A model generated the notes under the pieces. It saw only the letters and a list, made by a program, of their open reading frames with translations, was not told the origin of the DNA and made no database searches. The position numbers and the translations under genes are program-made. A stretch of 57,794 nt of DNA, counting the filler, from Bipalium vagum (taxonomy: Eukaryota): assembly GCA_037834085.1 (NCBI GenBank). It is 3 parts of 3 records of this genome, joined end to end, with 100 filler letters (N's around TTAATTAATTAA, not from the genome) between each part and the next. Parts side by side here need not be neighbours in the genome. Positions count along the whole stretch, not along the records: positions 1 to 16,301 come from JBBMKC010117012.1; positions 16,402 to 39,489 come from JBBMKC010213255.1; 1 more part is not named here. One strand, 5' to 3'. Positions 12,088 to 25,138 of the stretch are shown in pieces (position 1 is the stretch's first letter; every line of letters starts with the position of its first letter).

Positions 12088-14499
12088 TAAAATAATGGTG
12101 TTTTAATAATTATTTGATTTGATTATTTTATATTATTTATTTAACATTTATTGATTTATTGATTTTTTTATGGTTTACACTTAAATTATGTGATCTTCAT
12201 ATAAAAAAATGCAATTTGATGTAATAAATATTGTGAACTGTGAAGTTTTTCAGTGCAGAATTACGTTCGTAGACGAGAGAAATGTGACAGACTTTACGTT
12301 TTTGCTTATTAAATATTCCAAATCAATATGAGAACTAATATCTAAGTTGCTTAGAAATAGCAAAACACGGGAACAAATTTACTTATCAGTTGAGAGTTCG
12401 ATGATGAAACCGTTGGTTCATACAAGTAACATTTAGCAGAAATCCTATTCTGAATAAAGCAACTTCTGATAAAAGTAAGCACTATTCCCAGATAACCATT
12501 GGCTTCATGGATACAGAGGCAGGCTCGACACAAAAAATCACCATTGAGTGTACTGATAACTTAAAGCTTTTGTGACTCCCTTTAGCAATAACAAAATATA
12601 ATATGAAGAAAAAATTAAATTTATTCAACGGTATTCATTTTTGCAGTATTTCGTAATTCTTTTCCCCAGTAAGTATTTGTGATATTGCAGAAGGTGAATG
12701 TTGTCACTAATATATTAACAACTTCTCTCGAACTACGGAACAATCTTAAGAAGTTTTAAATGCTACAAGTCTAATTTATTTAATCTTTCTATTTTGTTAT
12801 TGTCTTAGTACCATTCATATCATGAATCAAGTAGAAGAATTTAAGACTTGAGTTCTGTACACCTGTAACAAAAATTCTTGTTCGTTTTTTAGTCAAGCGT
12901 CGAGATTAATCTAAACAGTCTTTTAAAATCTGAGACATCTTTTCAAAATTTCCGACAAAGACAATATTTTGTCACACAACCCCACAATTGTCAAAAGTAT
13001 CAAATATGACAATAGAAATATCCCAGTTTACACTTAGTAATATTTCAGTTTTCATTTCATGAATTTGAATTCGCCAAAATAATTTGTTTCGGTCGCTCTC
13101 AATTTAAAAAAAAAACTAAAATTATCTATTGCCAATTTCAAATAAGTTTTTATATGTTACCTTTGATTCTAAGATTCTAATTTTAAAACTTCTCATTTTC
13201 TTTAGAAATATTTTTAATTCATATTTCATTGCTTAAAACGATTTGTTTTAATTATGTAATTATTTAAGTTTATTCGGTTTAATAATTTAATTTAAATCAA
13301 TACATGTTTCGCTAATTGGAAATATCACAGAATAGTCAAAATTAGGCAAAGGATTCCTGGAAATTCGAATTTATTGTAAAGATCAATTTTATTGAACAAG
13401 ATTTTATTTTTCTCTATTAATTTGATTTGATTTTTTGTGTTAAAAACTAAAAAAGATTTATTGTGCAATTGTATTCTTGAACTCGATAAAATGTACGACG
13501 CTTGAACTTTTTAAAACATTTCCTTTCCATTTTTCTGATTTGAATTTTTTGACAAAAGCTCCAGGAAAGTTTGGAAATCTCGTTCCATGTCATGATTCAT
13601 TGGAACATCAAATCAGTTTTCTACCAACGGAGAAAATGCAAAAATTATTTGAAATGAAATAGGGAATGGGAAGGAAATAGGAAGACGAAGAGAAGACAGC
13701 AGAAAAGAATGTGAGAAAGTCAGAAAAGAAAAGTAAATAATAAAAAAGAATAAGTTGTAGAAAATAGAAGACTAAGAGGAATGAATAAAGGAAGGGTTAT
13801 GCAAAAAAATGATTGAAAACTCAAAAAGCTACATCGGCATTGGAGATCTAAATTTTTGTTTTTGTTACTTCGTAAAAGGTGGATTCAGTTTTAAGAAGCA
13901 GAACTATCACAAATTACAACGAACAATAAAACTTCAATAAAAAATTTTTATTGAATATTTTCCCTTTAATTAATTTAGAAAGTACCAATACAAACGACTT
14001 TGATCCGCACTATCCAAGAGAAATCGTATTTGGAAAAGATCCATTGTTGAATTATAATAAAGAAGAAGACACTCAAACTCAATCGAAATTATTAATTGAG
14101 TCTCATCGGTCTAACTTCATTCTCGAACAAAGGAGACGACATTAAGCTATGTAGAACATCAAAGGCATTGTTTTTGGTAAATATTTTGTTATTATTATTC
14201 TTCTTATTAATATTATTATTATTTTGATTTATTTTTCAATGTTTGATTAGTCTTTCTAAGATTTTATTTTATTAAAAATTTAAACATTAAATATTAAAAT
14301 ATCAAAACCACTGATAACTTTTAAATTAATTTTGAACTCAAACGACATTCGTTGCTATAGAAATACTTTAGGTTATTTCAATAAAACAAAAATAAACAGC
14401 GAATCATAAAAATAGCTTAACTTTTCTAAAATATTACTTTGTCCTTTACAAAAATATATATAAATAATAATAATAATTCAAGAAAATTATTTATTTCAA

Positions 14500-14790
14500 G
14501 TATAATTGTTTCCATTCTTGTCTATAACATGGTCTTCATTGTTGCCTTGACAATAGATTTTTTAGAATAAAATCTTATATACATTGATTTTAAACAGATT
14601 AAATTTTATGTTCCCGTTTGGATGATAAAACTAAAATGAGGAAGAGAGAGACAGCACTCATTTATTTGGGATGGAAATATATAATGGAAACGTTTTTATA
14701 GAGAAATCGAAGCTATTTCCTGTCCATATGAAATGTTTAAGTATTCCATTGTTTCAGGAAGTCTGCTTTAGTCAATATTTCTTTTGTGTT
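14500..14790 (-). mobile_element. Highly decayed Tc1-type C-terminal remnant
   Basis: Minus strand WTGNSFDFSIK (cf. WPGNSPDLNPIE) and HVIDKNG. Confidence 0.35.
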
Positions 14791-16301
14791 TCGTAAATGT
14801 TCATGCATAAATAAATAAAATATTTTTTAAAAGAGAAAACATTTCTGTTATTATTCTCCTATTCCTTCCCAGTTGGACTTATTCTCGGTTTTTTCATTAA
14901 AACTATAACCTAAAATGATAATCTAATCATTTATTTATTTGATGAAAATCTCAAAAAATATGTTTATGTTTATATGTTCCTGATTAAGCTGAACATTTTT
15001 TGCCATATTAGTCTGAACTTGGTCTTCGAAACTAGCGCTATGCAATGAAGTCCAACCAAACGAGGTCCAGTAACATGTGACTCAACTCATTTTTTGATGT
15101 TTTATTGTATTGATAGTTGCTCTTTATAATTAAATAATTAAATTTGAAGTAGTTCAACTTTTGACGACATTGAATTGACTTTTTTAGTCTGTTATTTTTG
15201 TTCACATTTTCGTAATGAAATTGGGGAAATCAATTTCAGCAAATATTTTATGAAAGTTCTTTGTCCATTTTATTTCAAAGTGATGAAGCAAGCATTTTTG
15301 AAGGTGGTTCTGATCAGGGATATTCATTTATAATCTGAAAATAACGACTAATAAAATAATATTCATATTGGGAATGAAATAATCCATACATCACTAAAAT
15401 GTGAATCAAATGAAGAAAGGATTTTTTGTATAACAAAATCATTGGTTCCGTTTTATTCTCAAAAAAGCAGCAAAAATAACTTGTAAACTAAATTTTTCAT
15501 CTTCTACAAAAGTAACTCTTAATTTAATTTTTGTCCATTTCAGTTGTGGATTGACTTTTCTTTTCGATTATATTATACTTATCAAACTATTTGAATTCTT
15601 TAGAACATATTTTTGGTGCTAGAATTGATTTTGATGTCTTTCTACAGAATGGTTCGGTTTTAAAGTTCAGTCTCGAAAAACAACATCAAAATACAAATTT
15701 TAAACTTGATATATACATATATATATGTTTGTTTATGTTTTACTGTCAATATCAATAAATTGTTTATTTATTTCATTTAATTTTCTGATTAAAAAAATTT
15801 TTCCAATAAAAATCCTAGTGAAAAATCAACAGCATTGAAAAAAAATTTGAACATATTTTTGAATTTTTAAATTTTTATAAAGTATCCTTTTTAAAATCCG
15901 ATATGAATATTCATTACTTTAATGTATTAGTTAATTTTAAAATATTAATATAATTTTAAAATATCTTTTTAAAAAATAATAAAAGAGACTTTATTTAAAT
16001 TTATTTATTTCAGGAAATTTGTTTAAGTATTTATATTTTTATTAAAATAATAAAATTTTTGAAACTATACCTTTTTAATTTCAAAATGAGAATAATAAAC
16101 TTCAAAACAAGAATTTTTAAGAATTAAAAAAATATTAATGCATATCTTTTAAGTTCAGATCCGTAGTGACTTTTCCTTGTATGCTTGCGATGCATTTAGC
16201 ACATTTAGTTGCAGTAATTGTCTGAGACCTTCATCCATGTATTTTTCTAAAACTCTTGTTCTGTGCTCTTTGATGGTCAATTCTGGATTTTTGTTATTAA
16301 G

Positions 16302-16401
16302 NNNNNNNNNNNNNNNNNNNNNNNNNNNNNNNNNNNNNNNNNNNNTTAATTAATTAANNNNNNNNNNNNNNNNNNNNNNNNNNNNNNNNNNNNNNNNNNN
16401 N
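16302..16401. other. Artificial scaffold linker (44N-TTAATTAATTAA-44N)
   Basis: Exactly 100 nt with stops in all six frames; identical structure at 39490-39589. Confidence 0.97.

Positions 16402-16475
<74 letters not shown>
16402..16475. repeat. (ATT)n microsatellite at scaffold end
   Basis: Direct observation. Confidence 0.95.
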
Positions 16476-16476
<1 letters not shown>

Positions 16477-17204
16477 CAATTAATTACTACTAGCCCTATT
16501 TGTAGCATTTTGCTTTTTAAAATATCTTTTAAAATTATATTAGGGGGAACAATTTATATTAAATATATAAATATATTTTATTACTAGCGTCTCAGAAGGA
16601 GTTGCAAAGGTTTTTACCGAAAATGGAGGATTTATTAAATAAATTTCATTGAAAACAGTATTTTTCATTCATTTTCATTCTATGGATTTCAACAAGTGCG
16701 AATAAGATTTAGGAGCTCCGGTAATTTATATATTTACAAAATTTTTCATTATTAATTAAACTTTCTCAGGTGTGTTGATATAATTAAATAAATAATCAAT
16801 AAAGTAATGTTCTTAAATAAAAAAAATCGTTTACATGTTTAGGATATATTAAAAATTTTATGGTGTGGCTAAGATTATGAAACTCAATTTACAAAATTAT
16901 TCGATTTTTATTGTATATATATATAATTATATTAATAAAAAAAGAAACATCATCAATCAAGAACATATACTTAAATAAATAAATAAATACTAATTTAAAA
17001 ATAAAGAAAATTAGTTCAAATACACAAAATAGATGGTTTTATGATTTAAAAAATCTTTAAGGCATGAACTTTGATTTACATATTTATTTATGCTCATCGT
17101 GTCATAAAACTAATAATAAGAGGGGCTTAAGAAATTAATCTTCCCAGGTTGAAAATGATTCTCTTTTTACACTTTCTTCTATCTTTATCTAAATATAGAA
17201 GATT

Positions 17205-18990
17205 TGCTATAGAATGTAATAACCACCGTCAACATAGACTTTCTCCAATTTTTGAGGAAACTCATGATATCTCTAGTAGCTGTTCTTTGAATAGAGATTT
17301 TCTTAATATCTTTGAGGACTTTCAAATTCTGTATGGTAAATAACTGTGCTATTAATCCATGTAGTCATAAGTACATAGACTGGTAAATAAGCTGCTATTA
17401 TTAGGTGTGTGTAAGTTTCTGGATTCGGAATAAAGACGCTCCAATTGTAATATGCGTGGTAATAAATTAATGATATATATGTTATTTGAAACTGCCAAAT
17501 GCTATCTATTAATTTCAGTATAAAAATGTCTTGTTCAATTACTCATCATTTTAAAATAAAACATGGGAAAATTTAAAAATTGGAGGGAAAGACAGCATTG
17601 AGGGAAGTTTTTTTAGGCAACTTTTTTCTAAGAAAACCGCTTCTGAAATTCGTAATTTGTGAGTACAAACATATGGGAGATATACCTTGTCAAGAACGCA
17701 GTGTTTTGGATTTTAGAATTGCTTTAAGAATGAGGAATATGATGTCACTCACAAATCCCGATTCGGATGTCTGGAAAAGTGTGATGATGAAGATCTTATG
17801 ACCTTATACCAAAAAGATTCGTGTTAACACACAAGAAAAATTAGCAAAATCATTGATATTCGATCATTCTATCGTTGCCAAACCTTTAAATGTACTGGAC
17901 TTATCCAAAAGCAGGAAATTTTGGTGCCGTTCGAATTAAACCCCAGAGACGTTTGTGTACGTGTGAACAGTTATTTCAACACAAAGACAAAAATGGCTTT
18001 ACATCTCATTATTACAGGCCACGAAAAATGATTCATATAGGAATTCAAAGAGTAAAAGATCATGGGGACAGGCGGACCATGAATCTACATCGATGAGCAA
18101 ACCAAATATTCATGGTCAAAAGCGCATACTGTGTATTTGGTGGGAACAGTTTGGTATCATATATTATGAGCTATTGCAACCGAATTACATGATTATGATG
18201 GATTATTTTGCAACATGACAATGCTCGGCCGCATGTTTCGAAAACGGTTAAAACATTTTTGAAAACACTCAAATAGAAAGTTTTCCTACACTTGCCGGAT
18301 TTGGCACCTACAAATTACCACCTGTTCCATTCCATTGCTCATGACCTGGCTAACCAGTGGCTCCAATCTTGCATGACCTCAAAAAGTTTGGATATTTTTA
18401 AACGCGGAATCGGTACCTTATCTGGAAGATGGGAGAAAGTTTTGACAAGCAGTGGAGAATATTTCGAAGAATGAATCTGTTTTTATCTTTATAACAAAGT
18501 TTATTTTTTTTAGTTATTTATTAAAAAATCCGGAAACTTTTTCACACACCTAATACTTCAAATCGAAGCCACTGTAATAATACAAAGATTACCTTTGTGA
18601 TATGTGATCGGATGTTGTCAAATAGCAATATCATTTACGTTGCCTTGTTTCACATTTTGATCATTTCACAAACATTGTCTAGCTCAGACAGATTACCAAA
18701 TACATTGCAAAGTTTCTTCACTTGAGTACTTCTCTTTGGTGATAGGCAGTATGATTACAAATTGTTTCCTCGCATTTAGTTTTGTCGGAATAAATGTCCT
18801 TTCTTCACCTGCAACGTTTTAATGCAGAAACTTTTCCGTTTTTGCATATTAAGCAAAATTTCACTTATAATCTGGCATTGTTCAACGTTTCTCACAATGA
18901 AGGAAGTACTCATCTTCCTTCTAATGAACATTTCCTATAACTTCGAAACATTGAAATGGGAGATAAGCACTGTTTGATGTGGTAAGATTA
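17205..18990 (-). mobile_element. Older mariner remnant split by the 17401-18553 insertion
   Basis: Right part: EILLNMQKRKSF..VAGEE and ILLFDNIRSHI..QWLRFE. Left part continues in frame VIAAYLP and later FPQKLEKVYVDGGYY. Confidence 0.7.
17401..18553 (+). mobile_element. Mariner element with both TIRs and TA target-site duplication; transposase disrupted
   Basis: Left TTAGGTGTGTGTAAGTTTCTGGATT versus right revcomp TTAGGTGTGTGAAAAAGTTTCCGGATT; TA at 17399-400 and 18554-55; KPNIHGQKRILCIWW, LQHDNARPH and PDLAPTNYHLF. Confidence 0.93.
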
Positions 18991-20149
18991 TTTTGACTTT
19001 AATAATATAATTCTTATTTCAAATTGTAAAATATTTTAAAAATATTATTCTAAGGATATTAAATGCAATTAATAATGGCAAGTGAGCTAGGTCACAAAAG
19101 ACCTTACGAAAAGTCAAAATGATAAAAGGGCTCTTTTCATTAAAAGATGTTTTTCATTATTAAAAATATTAATATAGTAATAATTAATAAAATCCATAAT
19201 AATAATAATAATAAAATTTTAATAAATAATAATATTATTATATTAATTGACAATAATAAAATTATATAATATTTTATTGAAGATTAAAAAATTATTTTTA
19301 TGATTTTTATTAACAATTATTAAAAGATAAATCATAATTTTTGTAGTTCTTAATTGTTTTAATTAAATAAGATATTTTATTATTACATATTTTCCATTAA
19401 AATATTTCGTTAAATGATAAAAATAATCAAGTTTTATTACATATTTCTTATAGAAAATTAACATTCTATAACTAATACCTAATAAAAAAAGACTGCAATT
19501 AAAACAAAGAAAATTGTAAATTTTAATTATGAATTTGTAAGTAATCCATTTTGATTAAGACAAAGTGACATATAAAGATTAAAATTATACAAACTAAGCA
19601 CAATAATAAAGCTGAAAAGTCTTTTTTTATTAAAATATAATTAAACAAAATAGGCGCCAAATATTAAAGTATTTTTTAAGTATTATATCGGATAAAATAA
19701 AGCCAGTGTCAGCAGAAATTTCTAAACCCATGAAAACAAAGAAATGACGAATAAATAAAACATGGTCATTAAAACAAAACTTCAGAAAATATAATTTATA
19801 AATGTAATAATCTTTTATTAGTGTGGAAAATAAATTTATTTTGCAATAAATTTGGGAAACATTTCTTTTACAGGACAGCATTTGTGTCACTGACATTTAT
19901 CTCAATCAACATTATATAAGACGTCAATCATTAAGATATTGTTCCTTTCTTGTTTCATGAAAATCGATTTATAATGGAAAAACCCATTGGAAAGCATTAT
20001 TGAAAGAAAGTTAAGTGAAAGAGAGAGGTGTGATGATCACAATTATTTAATAAAAGCATCACAAATCGTATTTATATCTCGTGCTCTCCATAATATAAGA
20101 TCGGGTCTTATAATTATAAATATTTTTTAAAAATGACAGAAGTCCAAAC

Positions 20150-20770
20150 TATGTTTAGAACACATTCTAACTGTTATTTTTCAAAAATATTTTTAATCAA
20201 ATAGTAAATTTCAAACATTTTTCCAAAAGGTGATCTTTAGCGACGATGAATATTTTGAACTACGCGGATTTGTGAGACACACAGAATTGTCAAATTTGGG
20301 GCATGTAAACCCACAAGAAATACTACAAAAACAATTCCATCCACCAAAAGGTAAATGTTTTGTGTGATTTATAGGCGGGTGGTGTTATCGGTCTGTATTA
20401 TTTTGAGAATGAAGCTGGAAATTCTTTGACAGTTGACAGAGCTAGATATCGTAATATGATAGAAAATTTTGGATTCATAAATTGGAAGGTAAGGATAGTC
20501 AAAACATGTTTTTTCATCAGAATGGTACCACATCTCATACGGCAAAAGAAACAATTTCCCTTTTAAGAGAACGATTTGGTGAAAGATTAATTAATAAAAT
20601 CGATTTAGTAATTAATTTAATAACAAATCTTTTAATTGTTATGGCTTATTTAATGAGTAGGGTTTATATTATGGAATAATGATATTAATGATTCAAATAA
20701 ATAAATAATAAAAGAAATATATTCAATAGATGAATTCTATCTTAAATAAAATCATAGAAATATTGATTTT
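20150..20770 (+). mobile_element. DD41D-type transposase remnant (same family as 29500-30110)
   Basis: VIFSDDEYFELRGFV..QNCQIWG, VIGLYYFENEAG and FFHQNGTTSHTAKET; clear nucleotide similarity to the 29.5-kb copy. Confidence 0.85.
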
Positions 20771-20780
20771 TCAAACTGAC

Positions 20781-20875
20781 CTCGTGCGGTCAGCTTCTTT
20801 GTATTGATTATTTTTGCAGCAAATTCTAAATTGGTAGCTTTCTGAATGCATCTGCGAACAATTGAAAAAGCTCCT
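20781..20875 (-). CDS. CaMKII: CaMKII exon 2 (95 nt)
   Basis: tttag|A GGA GCT TTT...CGA G|gtcagt encodes (R)[31 protein letters not shown](D), the CaMKII glycine-loop/AAK signature, in phase with exon 1. Confidence 0.95.
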
Positions 20876-21400
20876 CTAAATATGAATAACAAGGATAATT
20901 ATATTTGTTTAAATTATGAAAAGGCAAAATAAAATAAAATTTGTCGATTTGTCGATTTGGAGATATAATTATAAGTAACTTTAATTTAAAAATTTTATTT
21001 TTTTAACAAGGTCATATAAAATTATACTGCATAAGTATAATATTTCAGAAAATTTAACAGTCAAATAAATATCATTTTATTTATTCAAAATTTTATACAA
21101 TATGATAGTAGTCACAATAGATTTCTCATTCACACTCAAAATAAAAGGAAAAATGTGAAAAATTATTCTTAAGTTTCCTTTAATAAATAATAACAATAAT
21201 AATAATAATCAAAATTGATATTAAATAACTAAATAAAATTTATATAATATAACCTGGTAAACATTTCGTGTACAATTATTAATTTTTAATCTGTAAAAAT
21301 ATTTTAAAAAGATAAATAAATGTAAAATTCTAAATTTAAAAAATAAAATAGTTTTCATTCTGATTTAACGAAACTTGAAAAATTCTTCTTTTATAAAATA

Positions 21401-21611
21401 CGGTGTGTTTCATAAATATGTATACGCATTTAAAGCAAAAATAATCAACAATTTTCAACAGAATTTGTTAATCCATGCGTATTTTTGTAAAATATTCATA
21501 TATTTTTCCAATGACTAATCCACAATAATATACAAAAATGATTCATGTTCATTGAAAAATTGATTAATTTTTATTTCTTTAAACGCGTATACATATTTAT
21601 GAAACAGTGTG
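21401..21611. mobile_element. MITE (Tc1/mariner type), 211 bp
   Basis: Imperfect TIRs of about 55 bp sharing TGTTTCATAAATATGTATACGC; TA on both flanks; non-coding. Confidence 0.85.
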
Positions 21612-22844
21612 TATATTTAATTGTTTTTTCTTAATATTTAATTAATTCAACAATTAAAATTAAAAATTAATAAGAAACAGTGAATCTTAAATAAAAATAT
21701 AATAAATAAAGTTTTATGATAAATAGTAAATAAATTCCTTTTATTTTTCATATAATGGATCATAAAATTTCAAACAAAATAAAAATTCATTGTATTATGT
21801 CCAGTACAATTACCATTAATGTCAATAATCTTCATAAAAATGATATTTTTTGCTTTTATGACTCTTTGTTTGACAAATAAAAGGATGATCAATTAATTTT
21901 TGAAATATGTACGTATCATAGTGATGGTATTGAAAGTAAAAATAATATAAATAAACTTTAAACTAAAATCCATTATGCTCAAATAACATCGACTATTTTC
22001 AAGTCAGCAATACGAAGAACCTCCAATATGAGATTGCATGCTTGGATGCTTAAGAATCAGAACATCATATTACGATATGTGAAACTCAGACCGTTGTTCG
22101 TGGACTATACCTGGATGTGTTATGATTTCAATATCTAAGTTTTGCTTTTGTCAGTTTTATTAAACTCTGCAGATATTCTTAAATTCGACCTCTTTCTCAA
22201 ACCAATTGAATCTAATAAACAAAGTCTCAATGTCTTAAACCAGTCAATTTCTGCGCTTTCTACTTTGGTTTGTATTGCTTTTCGTTAATCCAAGAATAAT
22301 ATGACCAAATTTTAAACTCCCATTATAATAATTCTCAATAAATATTTTTCATTACCTAATGAAAATTGCCTTAATAGTTGAAGAATGTGTTACAGGTTAT
22401 AATTGAAAGTACCAAAATTTTATTTGTTTACTGCAAATTAATTTAAATAATATTAAAAAACAAATGTTTCTTAATGATACAACTTAATTAATACTTATAC
22501 TATTACTTATTATTATTAATACTTATAATACGTAACAGTAAGAATTATATGGACAACCTTAAGGCAATAAAATGGAAAGCAGAAAGCGGCGGAGAAAGCA
22601 ATTAAATAATTTGATAAAAATAAAAATATTTATGTCACGGTAATATAAACCATGTGGTAAAAGTAAAAATATTTTATCGTTATTTTTGGTCACTATTGCA
22701 TTACAAAGTTTTCACACTACCTTATATTTCGTTACAAAAGTGAAAAAATAAAAGAAAACGTTAACTAATGAATACATACAACATTTATGTTCATAAATAA
22801 ACAACTCTTCTTTAATGCCTCAAGATTTTTCGATTTTTGAAAAA

Positions 22845-22999
22845 NNNNNNNNNNNNNNNNNNNNNNNNNNNNNNNNNNNNNNNNNNNNNNNNNNNNNNNN
22901 NNNNNNNNNNNNNNNNNNNNNNNNNNNNNNNNNNNNNNNNNNNNNNNNNNNNNNNNNNNNNNNNNNNNNNNNNNNNNNNNNNNNNNNNNNNNNNNNNNN
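22845..22999. other. Assembly gap within CaMKII intron 1
   Basis: Run of N. Confidence 0.99.
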
Positions 23000-23664
23000 T
23001 TACTTAATAATATACACATTAATAAACATACACAAGTTGTATACTCAGAGAAAATTGCTGTTAGTATTTCTTTTCTATATATTTTTACACATTTTTATTC
23101 ACTAAGAGTTGAAAGTGTTTTAAAAAATCAATATTTTCTATCAATAAATGAACTTGAAAATGAATCTAACTATACTATGATTTTCTCGTAAATAAATAAA
23201 TATTGCATGTTACATGTTTTGTAAAATTTTCTCTTATCAGCTTTATTTATTATATATTTAATATTTGCCTTTCTAGTGCAGTTTGTAAAATTATATAAAA
23301 TTATATAAAATTCTATATCTTAATATTAATATTAATACGTTAAAAATTGATTCTCAATCAATACCAACAAAAACAAATAATGATGATAAATAAAAGGTAA
23401 ATTAAAACAAAACTTAACATAAATTAAGTAAATATCCATATTTAAAGTAAAAAACCAGCGAGAGATAAGCAAAGAATATTCCATTTTAATACAACTGTCA
23501 CATTAAGAAATAATAGAATAAATAATTAATCTGCATTCGACCAAGTTTATTAATCTACAGTGAATTAAAAATATTTCCAGTCCCATAAATTACCAACACC
23601 CATATTAACCATAAATTATTCATATTAATTTTAGATTTCTATTAAATTAAAGTTTAATAAAATA

Positions 23665-23695
<31 letters not shown>

Positions 23696-25079
23696 TATAT
23701 AAATATATTCGAAAGGAAAATAATCTGTTAAGACCAAGATAAAATATAATCCATTTTTCGGTTAAACCAATGTTGTAAAAGTGGTAAGAAAAAAAGGATG
23801 CAAAAAATAAATAAATAAAATAAGGTTATTTTATGCACATTTCTTTTAATTCAATTTTTGGGAATTTCTTGATAATTTTCCACAGTCCAATGAATATTAA
23901 CATTGCAAGATAAAAATTTTTTTTTCAAAGATATATAAATATTTTATTATAATTTTTAAATAATAAAATTGCAAACGTCAATGACGATGAGAGAATTTTT
24001 GATTGAGAGATAAAAAATGATTTCATTAACCATTTACTTTTGTCTGGCAATTTAAAAAATTATAAATATATTATTTTTTTCATTGGAAAACAAATTAAAA
24101 ATATAATTCTATTTGAAACATTTGTGAGGATTTTCCAGCCCAAATTTTTTTTCGTCAACAAGAAATTGGAAAAAAATTATTAAAAGTAAAATAATTAATG
24201 AGAAGAGATTTTCCGGAGAAATTGAAAATACATTTTTGCCCAGGAATAAACTGAAGGAATTATCAGAATAAATGATAAAATTATTATCATCACTAACATT
24301 TTTTTCTTATTAAAAAAATGTAACAAATATAAGTTACTGGTATACAAGTGGAACGGGATGGTACCAAGACAAGTATACAAATTACAAGTGATGCGTACTG
24401 GCATGCCAGGTAAAGCAAACAAACCATTAGGATCCTAGATGTATTTATTGTCATTATAAGCCTGACTCGAATTAACGATTATGTAATTATAATAGTCTAC
24501 ATGTACATTATTCTTCTCTTACAAATGAAATATTTATAATTTTTATACTACTAGCATATTACACAAGCAATAGACAAAATCAATAATCATTATTTACTCC
24601 ATGAAAGATTTTTTTCAAAAAATTACAAGTATTATATAATTATCATTTAAATATAAAGTTATCATTTTTTTATTTTAAAATTAAAGTCCTTCGAAATCGA
24701 AATATCGTCCTCTTCACATGTATATATTTGGATTATTTGGCTTTGGAAATATGAAGGGAGAATAATACTACGAAAATGTTTTGGAAAAAATAAGTCAAAA
24801 ATGATTTTATTAATTTATGGATTGTTAATATTTTAAGTAAAAGTGCATGGAAATGTCAACTAAAATAAAAATAATATCAAAACAGTTAAGTTGAATAAAT
24901 CGATCTGAGCTCTGTTCGTAAGTATTGACTGAACAGAGTTTAGATTCTGTGATAAATCACCGGGAAAATAAAATAAAATTAAAATTAAAATTAACAAAAT
25001 TAAAATGTTAAATTAAGTTTATTTTATAAAAAGGAAATTGTAATTAAAACGAATTTATATACAAACTAATGAATTGTAC

Positions 25080-25138
25080 CTGCCCAATTCTTCTTTTATC
25101 TCATAGAGGTCTGATACTTTGGCTATAGTGGCTGTCAT
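25080..25138 (-). CDS. CaMKII: CaMKII coding exon 1 (59 nt)
   Basis: ATG ACA GCC...TTG GGC AG|gtac = MTATIAKVSDLYEIKEELG(R); the phase-2 intron joins exon 2 to give EELGRGAFS. Exon 3 onward not found before the scaffold end at 16402. Confidence 0.9.

Noticed and set aside
12350-13075. Protein-like minus-strand text with stops (similar at 21960-22320); considered a non-standard genetic code
   Set aside because: The long genes here read normally with TAA/TGA stops; these are more simply unidentified decayed sequences.
13660-13800. Strongly purine-skewed tract
   Set aside because: No periodicity or adjacent LTR; treated as low complexity.
16145-16301. Possible piggyBac C-terminal fragment (ELTIKEHRTRVLE..TKCAKC)
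   Set aside because: Too short, cut by the scaffold end, and no TTAA/TIR found.
16346-16357. Palindrome TTAATTAATTAA repeated at 39534-39545
   Set aside because: Centred in exactly 44 N on each side: an assembly spacer, not biology.
22765-23105. ORF-track entries containing X runs (also 38417-38614)
   Set aside because: Artefacts of N gaps.
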